The notes below the pieces were generated by a model. It saw only the letters and a program-made list of their open reading frames with translations. It did no database searches and was not told where the DNA came from. Position numbers and translations under genes: made by a program. From Nanobdellota archaeon (GTDB lineage Archaea; Nanobdellota; Nanobdellia; Woesearchaeales; UBA583), in the NCBI GenBank assembly GCA_022565615.1, contig JAIUMM010000002.1, positions 884 through 64,883 on the forward strand: a stretch of DNA of 64,000 bases, given 5' to 3'. Each line of letters starts with the position of its first letter. Position 1 is the stretch's first letter. Shown here piece by piece: positions 30,358 to 40,516 of the stretch.

Positions 30358-31392
30358 ATGGTTGTAGAAAATCTAACTCTTTATTTATATTTTTACAAAT
30401 TTAATACTAATTTTGCAAAATATTATTGTGAGTTGCTTCAAAAAAAAATTACCTCAAATGAACTTGTAGTTACTTTTGAAGAAGGATCTTTATTTTGCAC
30501 ATTAAAATGTAATTCACTTGAGATAGTAAAAGAATGTATCTCATATATAATGTATTCAACTCATCCTTTTTATCATATTACTGATTCTTCAAATACTTCT
30601 ATAATCTCAACAGTTACTACTTCAAATTTAACTCAAAAAAAATATAATTTATATCACAAAGATGAACATAAAGAAAATTTATTTTATTATTTAGAACAAT
30701 TATTTCAAATACATATTTATTTAAAATCTGTGTTTAATACATTTCAAGAAGATTTAGAACAAGTAAAAAAACTCTCTTTTGTAAATCCATATACAACAAG
30801 TAATACTCATGCAATTGAGACATCGTTATTGTATGATACACATCATTATAATATTAGTTTAAGAAATCAGTTTGTATTTGAACATTCAAAAATTTTACCT
30901 GCAATGATAAATGATTCATTTAATATATTTAAAGAAGATTTAGTTGAAACTATTAATCAAAATTTGAGTAGTATAGAAAATGAAAAACTTAATAAAAATT
31001 TGATTAAATTTGCAAGATTTCAGATTTCAAATCATACGATAGTTCAAAACGATATGCAACTCAAACAGCTAAAAGAGGAGAGTTTAAAAGCAGGAATTAA
31101 GATGAAAATTTCAATTTTTAATTTTGATTATTTGGATGTTAAATTTATTAAAAATCAATTTGATGTTTGTATTTCATCATTTCTAACTATTGATAATAAA
31201 GATGAATTTAATGAACTAATATCTCAGTATTTATATCAAGGAGAATTTATTAGTTCAAAATGTATTAGTGTTCTTACACTTTATGAAATATCTCCTCTAA
31301 TCTTTAGAAAATTTAAACTTAAAGTTGTAAAAAAGAAGAGAATAATTCATAATTCAAAAGAAATATTACTCTACATTATTGCTAGAAAATAA
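30358..31392 (+). CDS. hypothetical protein
   Basis: 344-aa ORF with no recognisable motif. Confidence 0.5.
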   Translation: MVVENLTLYLYFYKFNTNFAKYYCELLQKKITSNELVVTFEEGSLFCTLKCNSLEIVKECISYIMYSTHPFYHITDSSNTSIISTVTTSNLTQKKYNLYHKDEHKENLFYYLEQLFQIHIYLKSVFNTFQEDLEQVKKLSFVNPYTTSNTHAIETSLLYDTHHYNISLRNQFVFEHSKILPAMINDSFNIFKEDLVETINQNLSSIENEKLNKNLIKFARFQISNHTIVQNDMQLKQLKEESLKAGIKMKISIFNFDYLDVKFIKNQFDVCISSFLTIDNKDEFNELISQYLYQGEFISSKCISVLTLYEISPLIFRKFKLKVVKKKRIIHNSKEILLYIIARK

Positions 31393-31397
31393 TTTTT

Positions 31398-32561
31398 TTA
31401 CTTTCTAAGTGCTTCTACAACATCCATTTTTGATGCTATATATGATGGAATAAATCCTGCAACTGCTCCTACAATTGCTCCAAAAAGTAACATTTGCCCC
31501 ACTACTAAAGGATAAATTTGAATTTCTAAAAATGTAAAACCTGAATTTATAAGAACGATTTCAATTCCAAATAAAGTTAATATTCCTATTAAAATACCAA
31601 GTATTGCTCCAAGTATCCCAAATAGAGATGATTGAAATATGAATAGGAGGAGAATTTCAAAGTTTCTAGCCCCAACTGATTTCATAATTCCAATATCTTT
31701 TATTTTTTCAGTCACAATTACAAACATTGTATTAATAATTCCAAGCGCTCCTACAATTAACGAAATAAATGCAATTCCACCTAAAACTCCTGTGATGAGT
31801 CCTGTAATTGTATTTAATTGTTCTAAAATATCTCTTGATGTTAAAACAGTTACTCTATTTTCTCCAACATCTCTTCTAAAGTATTCAATTATTTGTTCTT
31901 GTGTTCTATCAAGTTGTCCAGCATCATTAATAAAAATAATTAGCATATCAAAGTCATTTACAATTCCAAATTCTCTAAGAGCTTCATATTGCATATAAAT
32001 TAATGAATCATCTTCAGGATTTCCAACTTTTTGTGTAATTCCAACAACTCTAAAACTAATTTCATTAAATGTAAGCCTACTTCCAACTCTGAGTTGAGTT
32101 GAAAATCTATCCTCTGCAATATCTGGTCCAATTACGATATCGTATTTTGAACGAGGATTGGGAGCTGTCCCTTCTTCAATTATCATATTAAAATCATTAA
32201 AAAAAGTCTCACTAAGTTCAGTTGCAAAAACACTCACTCTTCTAAATTCTCTACCATCTTGAAATTGAATTCTTTGTTGAGTACTCCCATATACTGAATT
32301 AATGTTTGAAAATCTCTCTAAACTTCTTACTTGAGAGTCGGTAAATTTCAAATTACTTCCCGTTTGTGCTTGAATCATAATTAAATTTGAACCAAATTCT
32401 TCGAGTTGTCCTTCAATACTATCATTAAAACTCTGAGTTATAATTAAAATTACAAAAATAGATAAAATTCCAAGTGATATTGCAAAAACTGTTAAAAATG
32501 TTGAAAATTTTTTTCTAATTAAATCTTTAAATATAAGTAAGTAAAAATCAGTTTTTGCCAT
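31398..32561 (-). CDS. ABC transporter permease, FtsX/MacB-like (COG0577)
   Basis: 387 aa. Layout: N-terminal TM, large extracytoplasmic domain, then a C-terminal 3-TM FtsX-type domain (IGIMKSVGARNFEILLLFIFQS…). Confidence 0.8.
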   Translation of the reverse strand: MAKTDFYLLIFKDLIRKKFSTFLTVFAISLGILSIFVILIITQSFNDSIEGQLEEFGSNLIMIQAQTGSNLKFTDSQVRSLERFSNINSVYGSTQQRIQFQDGREFRRVSVFATELSETFFNDFNMIIEEGTAPNPRSKYDIVIGPDIAEDRFSTQLRVGSRLTFNEISFRVVGITQKVGNPEDDSLIYMQYEALREFGIVNDFDMLIIFINDAGQLDRTQEQIIEYFRRDVGENRVTVLTSRDILEQLNTITGLITGVLGGIAFISLIVGALGIINTMFVIVTEKIKDIGIMKSVGARNFEILLLFIFQSSLFGILGAILGILIGILTLFGIEIVLINSGFTFLEIQIYPLVVGQMLLFGAIVGAVAGFIPSYIASKMDVVEALRK

Positions 32562-32671
32562 TTTTTATTTCATTTTTATTAATTTAACATTTTATTTTTA
32601 ATTTAAGTATTATATACCAATATAAAAATATGTTTTTTAAAAAGTAGAAAATTAGATATAAATAATTAAAT

Positions 32672-33943
32672 TTACTCATCATCTCCTTTTTTTTTTCTTA
32701 TTTTAAAATAATACACTCCTCCAATAAGTATTAATATAATAATTATAATCCAAACTGTACTACTTCCTTCTTGTACTCTTTGAGGAAGCTTTAAGGTAAA
32801 TTGTTCTTCAACTACTTTTTGATTAAAAAACCCATCACCAAATTCAACTTTAACTTTTACATCTTGTGAACTTGCAAGACTATCATCTACATTATTTGAA
32901 GAAGGAGTACTAAATTGAACAGTTTGAAAATCATCTGCATTTAAATTACCAATATATTCAGTTCCAAGTACTTCATTATTTAGATTTAAAAAAGTAACAA
33001 CTCCTCCTCTAACAAGTCCAGGTCCTGGATTTGCTATTCCAAATACAACTTGATTTCTATCAAGTCTATCTAATGAAATTAATAAATTTTCTTTAGCATT
33101 TACAATAATTGAGAGTTCAACTTCTTCAATAAATGAATTTCCAAGTACATCTTCATACTCAATTGTAAGAGGAATTTGATAGGGTCTAATTTGTGCATTT
33201 GGTGATACTCCTAAATTAAATGTTACTTGACTTGATTCTTGTGATGCTAAATTTCTAATTCTTTGACTATTTGTTCCCTGAGTAATAAAAAAATTACTTG
33301 TTTGTGAAAGAGTAGCTTGAGCAGGATTGATATTTTCATTTTGACTAACTTGTAAATTAATTTTAATATTTCTGAGTTGAATTTCATTATCATTAAATAA
33401 ATTAATTGTAAATGGTTTTAATTCTCCAGGGTAATATGTTACATCTTCTAGACTACCTTCTACATTAATGTTTAATGAGGGTTTGTTTTCTTGAATAAAA
33501 ATAGGCAAATTAACTGTAAAATCATTATTATTTCCTCTCACTCTTATCTCAATTAATTGCTCCCCAATAGGAGCAGTTTCATCTATATATAATCTTTTTC
33601 TTACAATTACAAATCCATCAGTTTGAGATGAATATGCAGGAATTGCTCCAACCCTTGTGATTCTGTTTTGATTTGCGCTAAGACTTATAAATCTATTTTC
33701 TACAACCTCAATTTGAGCATCTTGAATTGATGAACTTCCTTGATTAGTTATTTTAATTGATATATCAACAAAGTTTCCAGGTTTTACAGGATCAGGAGTT
33801 TGACTTGAAATAATTACATTCATATTTGAAGAAGCATATACATTTAGACTAAAAAAAATTAATAGTGTAAGTATTACAATAGTTTGTTTTAACACCTTAT
33901 TTAATGTTAAAATATTTTGAAGGTTTTGTTTAACTGTATTCAT
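32672..33943 (-). CDS. secreted repeat-domain protein (COG1361/CARDB-like) with C-terminal TM anchor
   Basis: 423 aa with a signal peptide and Ig-like beta-rich repeats (PGNFVDISIKITNQGSSS…). The C-terminal TM and basic tail (WIIIIILILIGGVYYFKIRKKKG) complete the layout. It sits next to the FtsX-type permease. Confidence 0.6.
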   Translation of the reverse strand: MNTVKQNLQNILTLNKVLKQTIVILTLLIFFSLNVYASSNMNVIISSQTPDPVKPGNFVDISIKITNQGSSSIQDAQIEVVENRFISLSANQNRITRVGAIPAYSSQTDGFVIVRKRLYIDETAPIGEQLIEIRVRGNNNDFTVNLPIFIQENKPSLNINVEGSLEDVTYYPGELKPFTINLFNDNEIQLRNIKINLQVSQNENINPAQATLSQTSNFFITQGTNSQRIRNLASQESSQVTFNLGVSPNAQIRPYQIPLTIEYEDVLGNSFIEEVELSIIVNAKENLLISLDRLDRNQVVFGIANPGPGLVRGGVVTFLNLNNEVLGTEYIGNLNADDFQTVQFSTPSSNNVDDSLASSQDVKVKVEFGDGFFNQKVVEEQFTLKLPQRVQEGSSTVWIIIIILILIGGVYYFKIRKKKGDDE

Positions 33944-34053
33944 ATGTACTACATTTGTTTAAGTAATTTAAATATATGTATTTACTCCTTGAGCAAAATT
34001 AATTATGAAGATAATAATTATTTAGGTATTTTATCTTATTATTATTAATTGTT

Positions 34054-34623
34054 TCATTTTTCTTTAAACTCTGCATCTTGAATTATTGATTCACTGTGTT
34101 TATTATTTTTGTAAGAAGAATTATATTTTTGAGAGTTATTTTGAGGATTATATTTATTTTTTGAATTAAATGTATTTTTAATTTTAGATGATGCAAAAAA
34201 ATATGGTCTTTTTAAGTCTTTAATAAGAGATGAAAAAGTATATGTATATGTTGATTTATTTGTATTATTTTTTTTAGAAGTATTTGAAGATGAAATATTC
34301 ACTTTATTGTTTTTAAATATTGTAAATTCATATTTTGAAGAAAATAAAAATGTAGTTTTTTTAAGAATTGAGACGACAAATAATGAAAATAATAAATATA
34401 AAATTGCAAATACTAATCCAACTATTGGAAGATTAATAAGACCAATAAATGCTACATTTAATATTACATAAATAAGGGGTAGAATGATGTTAAATCTTGC
34501 AAGTAGAATGAATTGAATAAATATAACTGCTAAAATTGCTAGCAACAATTCAGTTTTTAATACAAATAAGTATATTATCAAAAGAATAATTAGAAGAATT
34601 TGTGAATAATAAAGAGTTCTCAT
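34054..34623 (-). CDS. membrane protein, unknown function
   Basis: 189 aa with 3-4 N-terminal TMs and an Asn/Ser/Lys-rich tail. Confidence 0.45.
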   Translation of the reverse strand: MRTLYYSQILLIILLIIYLFVLKTELLLAILAVIFIQFILLARFNIILPLIYVILNVAFIGLINLPIVGLVFAILYLLFSLFVVSILKKTTFLFSSKYEFTIFKNNKVNISSSNTSKKNNTNKSTYTYTFSSLIKDLKRPYFFASSKIKNTFNSKNKYNPQNNSQKYNSSYKNNKHSESIIQDAEFKEK

Positions 34624-34711
34624 GTATTAATAAATTAATTTAAATTTTAAATAATTATGTATTTTAAATAATCAAGTTTTAATATTTTAAATTTAGTATT
34701 CTATATAAAAA

Positions 34712-35278
34712 TTAATAAAAACTTCTAACTTCTAATATTCCTACTAGAATTATTTTATCAACGGGGTCATACACATTAATTACAGCTGAGTGAGGAAGCA
34801 CACTACTTGCTCTAATTTGACCTGAACTAGTGTAAAATCGAGCAGTATTATTATGAAGAACTAAAATATTATTTCCACTGTCTTGAAACTCAAATTCTTC
34901 AAAAAAAAATTCTTGAGAAAGAGGGTTATATGTTGAATTATATAGACGAACAACTATTTCACTCTCTCTAAATATTCTATTTTTTGTTAGATTATCTAAA
35001 TTTGAAAATGCTTCAATTGAGAGTAAATCATATGTTCTTTCTTGATTGTTTAATGATCTTCGTAAAAATGCATCATAATTTAATGTAAATTCTAATCTCT
35101 CAAGTGCTTGAGTTTGTTGTCTCTCTCTTAGAGATTCTTCAAATGAATTTTCAAGGCTTGATACATAAAATTGAGCTCCAAAAATAAATGCAAAAAATAC
35201 TACAATTAATACGGCAAATGTTTCACCAAATTTAATTTGAGCGGAACTAGAACTTAATTTAAACATTAAATTGAACAT
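34712..35278 (-). CDS. membrane-anchored protein, unknown function
   Basis: 188 aa. The N-terminal …SSAQIKFGETFAVLIVVFFAFIFGA is weakly pilin-like. Confidence 0.45.
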   Translation of the reverse strand: MFNLMFKLSSSSAQIKFGETFAVLIVVFFAFIFGAQFYVSSLENSFEESLRERQQTQALERLEFTLNYDAFLRRSLNNQERTYDLLSIEAFSNLDNLTKNRIFRESEIVVRLYNSTYNPLSQEFFFEEFEFQDSGNNILVLHNNTARFYTSSGQIRASSVLPHSAVINVYDPVDKIILVGILEVRSFY

Positions 35279-35355
35279 TATAACTTATTTAAAACTAATT
35301 AAATTTATAAACTTATTTCACAACTCAATATATAATTGATGTAAATTGTTAATGC

Positions 35356-36405
35356 ATGCTAATGCAAATTAATATAAATGTACATAACTTAAGAATAATT
35401 AGAAAAATGCCATCTCCTCTATTTTATAAAACTCTGCACTTACTCAGTCTTGATAGTAAACTTACAACAAAAAAATTGAGTAAAGAATTACAAACTTCAC
35501 AACAAAATATTTCACATATTATAAAAAAAGCACAAGAGGAAGAAGTAATTACATCTTATGAAACACTAATTGATCCTTCTAGGTTTGGATATGATTCATT
35601 TATTGTTTTTTTAAAAATTAAGAATTCATCAAAGAGGACATTAAATAAAATTGAAAAATTAATTACTGAAACTCACGATATTACTGCTTGCTATTTATTA
35701 TTTGGGAATTATGAATTTTTATTAAAGTTTACTTGTTTAAACACTTCTTCATTCAATAAAGCTTTTAAAGATTTTTTAAGTAAAATTACAGAATATTTAA
35801 TTGATGTAACAGTTCTTACTCAAATTGTAGAATATTACGCAACTCCTTCTTATATAAGTTCTAAAAGGCTCAGAGAGACAATTCTCACAGGTGCAGATAG
35901 AAGTTTACTTTCAATTTCTAAAAAAGAATTACAAATACTGAGTTTAATTCAGGAAAACTCAAGAATTAGTTCATCAAAAGTAGCAATTGAGATGCAAACA
36001 ACTGCTAAAACAATTATTTCAACAATTAAAAAATTAGAAGAAAAAGAAATTATTAAAGGTTCTATTATATCATATAGGCCCGAGAGAATGGATGTTGAGC
36101 AGTATTTATTATTTTTAAGAATTTCATTTGATCAAGATGAAAAAACATTAGTTAGATTTTTGAAAACTCATCAAAATATTACTAAAATAATTAAAGTATT
36201 TGGGGAGTGGGACATTATTGTTCAATTTGAGACATTCAATAACTCTCAACTTCAAGATTGTTTAGAGGATATTAAAGAAGAGTTTGATATTATAAATTAT
36301 AATTATATTACAATTGTAAAAAGATTATTTTGGAGAACAATGCCACTTTTAAAAAATTCTCCTCTACCGCATCAACATCAATTAGTTTTAGAATCAGAAG
36401 AATAA
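35356..36405 (+). CDS. Lrp/AsnC-family transcriptional regulator, tandem duplicated
   Basis: 349 aa with two HTH + RAM modules. Module 1: LDSKLTTKKLSKELQTSQQNISHIIKKAQEEEVI…FIVFLKI. Module 2: ENSRISSSKVAIEMQTTAKTIISTIKKLEEKEII…LLFLRI. The start may be the internal Met at 35407. Confidence 0.75.
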   Translation: MLMQININVHNLRIIRKMPSPLFYKTLHLLSLDSKLTTKKLSKELQTSQQNISHIIKKAQEEEVITSYETLIDPSRFGYDSFIVFLKIKNSSKRTLNKIEKLITETHDITACYLLFGNYEFLLKFTCLNTSSFNKAFKDFLSKITEYLIDVTVLTQIVEYYATPSYISSKRLRETILTGADRSLLSISKKELQILSLIQENSRISSSKVAIEMQTTAKTIISTIKKLEEKEIIKGSIISYRPERMDVEQYLLFLRISFDQDEKTLVRFLKTHQNITKIIKVFGEWDIIVQFETFNNSQLQDCLEDIKEEFDIINYNYITIVKRLFWRTMPLLKNSPLPHQHQLVLESEE

Positions 36406-36429
36406 TGTTTATATAAATAAAAACTAATA

Positions 36430-36437
36430 TTTATAAA
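36430..36437 (+). promoter_or_regulatory. TATA-like box upstream of AI-2E transporter gene
   Basis: TTTATAAA ends 25 nt upstream of the ATG at 36462. Confidence 0.35.
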
Positions 36438-36461
36438 CATACTATTTTTAAATAATATATT

Positions 36462-37517
36462 ATGAATCTAAATACATTAAAACTTTCTCAATATTCACTC
36501 ATTTTAATTGGAATTGCAGTTATTTGTTTTGCTCTGTATCAATTTCAAGGATTTTTAAGACCATTTAGTATTGCTTTATTATTAGTGTTTTTAACTATAA
36601 GTTTTTACAGATTACCCCTTAAGCAACGATTAATTAAATTAAGTTACACTTTTTTATTTACTATAATTACGATATCTTTAATATATTCATTTTTTTTCTT
36701 CTCAGGAGTTGATTCGCAAGAAGAAATTGAGTTATCAGGTCAATTCATATTTGATTCAACTGATACTGTTGATCAAAATTTTATAGATAGTTTTCAAAAT
36801 CAATTTTATGATTTATCAATTTCTGATTACGTAAGTTATGAGGAGGTTGAGAGAATTGCTCAAAACTTTATTGCACTCACATTAGGTTCTATTTCTACAT
36901 TTTTATCAGAATTATTTTTAGTAATTTTATTTTATATTTTTTTAGTTCCAAGTTATGAACCTGCTTTGAGATATTTAAAAGAAAAAGTATTTAATTTGAA
37001 TTCAAAAGAATTTGAAAAAACAATTCTTCAAATTGAAGGAGGAATTAAATCATATTTATCAATTAAACTTGCAATTAGTTTTGCAACCGCTATTACAAGT
37101 GGATTTATTTTAGCAATTTTTGGAGTTCAAAATATATTTATTTTAATGATAATTATATTTGCTCTAAACTTTATTCCAAATATAGGTTCGTTTATTGCAG
37201 TATTTGTAGCAATTGTTTTGTATGCAGTTCAAGTGGGAATTGGAGCACCTTTAATTATATTTGGAATTTTACTTACAATTGTACAAGTGTTTTATGGAAG
37301 TGTACTTGAACCAAAAATTGCAGGAAAAGGTTTAAATTTACCACCTGTGTTTATTTTACTTTCATTATTTTTTTGGGGAACATTGTGGGGGCTTGGAGGA
37401 ATGTTAATTTCAGTTCCTTTAACCCATGCAATTAAGACAATTGTAGAACATTTATCTAATATGAGCTCAGTTGAAAATTTGTCTAGTAATTTAGCAAAAA
37501 AATCAGTTGAGAAATAA
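36462..37517 (+). CDS. AI-2E family transporter (PerM/UPF0118)
   Basis: 351 aa, polytopic. C-terminal signature: LEPKIAGKGLNLPPVFILLSLFFWGTLWGLGGMLISVPLT. Confidence 0.8.
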   Translation: MNLNTLKLSQYSLILIGIAVICFALYQFQGFLRPFSIALLLVFLTISFYRLPLKQRLIKLSYTFLFTIITISLIYSFFFFSGVDSQEEIELSGQFIFDSTDTVDQNFIDSFQNQFYDLSISDYVSYEEVERIAQNFIALTLGSISTFLSELFLVILFYIFLVPSYEPALRYLKEKVFNLNSKEFEKTILQIEGGIKSYLSIKLAISFATAITSGFILAIFGVQNIFILMIIIFALNFIPNIGSFIAVFVAIVLYAVQVGIGAPLIIFGILLTIVQVFYGSVLEPKIAGKGLNLPPVFILLSLFFWGTLWGLGGMLISVPLTHAIKTIVEHLSNMSSVENLSSNLAKKSVEK

Positions 37518-37651
37518 TCAAAAATAAGTTTAAATTGAAGTTCAAATTTGAATTAAATAATTAATTTAATATTGTTTATTTTTAATTCAATTTGTTTTAA
37601 AAATAGCACTAAATAGTTAGTAATTAAATTTATATTCTAATTTTTCAATAT

Positions 37652-38398
37652 ATGAGTATGTTTGAGTTTCAATGTATGCAGTATCTCAAAGAATTAGAAC
37701 AAATTCCACAGGATTCATCACAATATTCTCAATTAAGAGAATTACTCTTAAATCTAATAAATCAAAATTCTTCAAAAGTTGATTCATTTTTATCAAGTTT
37801 TAATTTAACTCAAAAACAAAAAGAAATATTTTTAGAAGTTTTACAAGAAGCTCAAAATAATTCAAGTTCTACAAATAATAATTCATTGGATAATATTTCT
37901 AATAATCATAATAATAATTCAAATAATTCAAATAATTTTAATAGTAATTTGAATCAAGATGCAAATTTTCAAGAAGAATTTTTTAATAAAACTTTAGAAT
38001 ATTTTAATGAATGGAGGGAAGAATATTTTAAACTTCGTTCAGTGAGTCCAAAATGTATTGATATCTCCCAAAATTATATAGAGAATTTATTAGTTAAAGA
38101 TGAATTGTATTCTAGTGAATTAATTGAAATGTTTCAATCTCTTCCTACTAATAATAATGATGCGTTTGAAAATTTTAAAAATCATGTAATTAATGTTTTA
38201 ATTTCGCAATTAATTGAACTCATAGATAAAGAATTAATTCTTGTTAAGACAAGTTCTTTGAATTTTTTCAAAAAAGTATATCTCTCTTATGAGTTTGAGA
38301 AATTACAAAGAAAATTAAGTAAAAGGGATATAAGTGTTCTTGAAAAGTTATATGATAAATTTGATGAGAGTTATGTTTTTAGAGGTGAGCATAATTAA
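37652..38398 (+). CDS. hypothetical protein (Asn-rich)
   Basis: 248-aa ORF. Its stop lies 2 nt before the next gene's ATG, and GAGGTGA at 38383-38389 serves the downstream gene. Confidence 0.5.
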   Translation: MSMFEFQCMQYLKELEQIPQDSSQYSQLRELLLNLINQNSSKVDSFLSSFNLTQKQKEIFLEVLQEAQNNSSSTNNNSLDNISNNHNNNSNNSNNFNSNLNQDANFQEEFFNKTLEYFNEWREEYFKLRSVSPKCIDISQNYIENLLVKDELYSSELIEMFQSLPTNNNDAFENFKNHVINVLISQLIELIDKELILVKTSSLNFFKKVYLSYEFEKLQRKLSKRDISVLEKLYDKFDESYVFRGEHN

Positions 38399-38400
38399 AA

Positions 38401-40449
38401 ATGGTACTTCCATTATTAGCAGGAGCGGCTCTTAGAGGTGGTGCAGGAAGAGCAGTTAGAGGTGCTGGAAGAGTTGGAGCAAGATCTGCTTTAATGGCAG
38501 CAAGAGTGGGTATTACAGGAACTAGGATGGCAGTTGCAGGAGGTGTAGCAGTTGCAGGTGCTGGAATTAATGCTGCAAGAAGAAGTGCACAAAATAGTAG
38601 ACAAGCCCAAGCCCAGGCTCTTGCTATGAGAAATTCTTCTTCATCAACTCCAATAGCATCAATTTCAGGAGGATTTGGGCATTTGATAAATAATTCTTTT
38701 TTCTTATTTGGAATTAGTATATTATTTATTTATTATTTTTCAAGAATTATTGAAAGTTCAGAATTGTTGATTCAAAATTTCTTTTTTGCTCTAAATATGA
38801 TAACTCCTTTTAATATTCAAACAACAGGAATGTTTGCAACATTTGATGTTGGACTATTAGCTATTATGTATACAGGTTTAGTTTTTATTGTTATTATTTC
38901 ATATATGTTTTTTAGACATAAAGCAGATGGAGTAGTTGTTGCATCCCTTTGGACAATAGGGTATCCTTTTTTAGTATATTTTGCGTTTATTGGACTTGGT
39001 GGAAATTTACTAGGTCAAGGAGCAGTTGAACAAGTTGGTAATTATATGATGATGTTTACAATGAGTTTAATGTTGTTATTTTTATTTGCATTTTTGTTTA
39101 GTAATGATTCAGAAGATTTTAAAATGAGAATTACATCAACTATTAAGTGGCTAACCATTGTATTACTTTTTGCATGGATTGCTTTATTTTTGGTATCAGG
39201 AACACCTCAATCGTTAATATTTCAAGAGCGAGTTGACCAAGAAGCACAACAAGTATCAGAAGGAGCAAAAAGTTTTCAGTTATATTTACAATGTACAATA
39301 TTAGCTGGAGAAACTAGAAATTTACCCCAATGTACTCAAAAAGAAGAAGAGACTCAAGTAAGAAGGCAAGTTCAAGAACCATTTGTTTTTGAAGTGATTA
39401 GAGATAGTGGTAATTCTGTAATCAGACAAGGAAGAGAGACTGTACAATTTAATTTTTTTATTCATCCCCCAAGGCCAATTGATGTAACTCTTATTGGATA
39501 TTCTTGTAGAGTTGGAACTAATAGAACTACATATGAAATTCCTGCAGAATTTAGTCATTTAAGTAATCAAATTCCAAGTACAGGAACCAATTTTAGAATT
39601 GAATGTCCAGTTGTTGATAAACTAGATAGAAGAGACTTTCAAAGAGGAAATGTTAATGTAGAGGCAAGAGTATATTTTGAAGTTAAAGATACTATTCATC
39701 AATCTATGCCATATGTAAATTGTGCTCATCCTTATTTTGAATCTGTAGATTTTGATTGTTCAAATATTGCAAGAGAGTTTTGGGTTGGAAATATTGATAA
39801 TCCAGAAGTCCTTTCATTTATGAATTCAGTTTCAGATTATGTAGTTGGAATGTATTCAACAAGGGGAAGTGTTGTGAGTTTAAGAGGTTTATTACCATTA
39901 TATTTAAATGATCCTCAAGAATCATCATTTAGAGAAATTGATTATTCAATTAAATTTCAAGAATATAATCAATTAAAAATTAGAAATATTACTCTTGAGA
40001 GTTATAGAGCACCTGATTATATTACAATAGTTGATGATTCTTTAATTTCTTCATTATCCTCTCAAGATATGAATACAAGAAATGAACTTCAATTTCCAAT
40101 CGAGTTTAGAGTAAATGATGTTCAAAGAGAGGGTGTAATTGGAAGTACTGAAATTGTTAGTTATAATTTTAAATTAAATCAGTTTTATGATACTTCAAGA
40201 ACAATAATTATTGACGATTCATTAAAACCTGAGGAAGAAGAACCTAGCACTATTGGTGATATTGTAAGAGATAATAATAATGATTCACAAGTTGAATCTT
40301 CAAATAGTGGAGAAGTTCCTCCTTCAACTAATCAACAAGAGCAACAAACTCCAGTTCATGAGCAAGGAAGTGAAATTGATGAAGAAACTGGAGAAGAAAT
40401 TCCTCAAGAAGAGTTTGATTTTGAAAATGAACTAGTTATTTCTCCATAA
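38401..40449 (+). CDS. polytopic membrane protein with Ala/Gly/Arg-rich N-terminal tail and large extracytoplasmic domain
   Basis: 682 aa. Residues 1-77 are Ala/Gly/Arg-rich with no acidic residue. About 6-7 TMs, a ~350-aa soluble domain and an acidic C-terminal tail follow. Confidence 0.6.
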   Translation: MVLPLLAGAALRGGAGRAVRGAGRVGARSALMAARVGITGTRMAVAGGVAVAGAGINAARRSAQNSRQAQAQALAMRNSSSSTPIASISGGFGHLINNSFFLFGISILFIYYFSRIIESSELLIQNFFFALNMITPFNIQTTGMFATFDVGLLAIMYTGLVFIVIISYMFFRHKADGVVVASLWTIGYPFLVYFAFIGLGGNLLGQGAVEQVGNYMMMFTMSLMLLFLFAFLFSNDSEDFKMRITSTIKWLTIVLLFAWIALFLVSGTPQSLIFQERVDQEAQQVSEGAKSFQLYLQCTILAGETRNLPQCTQKEEETQVRRQVQEPFVFEVIRDSGNSVIRQGRETVQFNFFIHPPRPIDVTLIGYSCRVGTNRTTYEIPAEFSHLSNQIPSTGTNFRIECPVVDKLDRRDFQRGNVNVEARVYFEVKDTIHQSMPYVNCAHPYFESVDFDCSNIAREFWVGNIDNPEVLSFMNSVSDYVVGMYSTRGSVVSLRGLLPLYLNDPQESSFREIDYSIKFQEYNQLKIRNITLESYRAPDYITIVDDSLISSLSSQDMNTRNELQFPIEFRVNDVQREGVIGSTEIVSYNFKLNQFYDTSRTIIIDDSLKPEEEEPSTIGDIVRDNNNDSQVESSNSGEVPPSTNQQEQQTPVHEQGSEIDEETGEEIPQEEFDFENELVISP

Positions 40450-40516
40450 AATATTGAAGTAATATAATTATTATTTCAATTCAAGTTAATTAAATTTTTA
40501 CATTAATGATAAATTT

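Noticed and set aside
31639-31998. 119-aa plus-strand ORF inside the FtsX permease gene.
   Set aside because: It is a shadow ORF antisense to a confidently identified gene.
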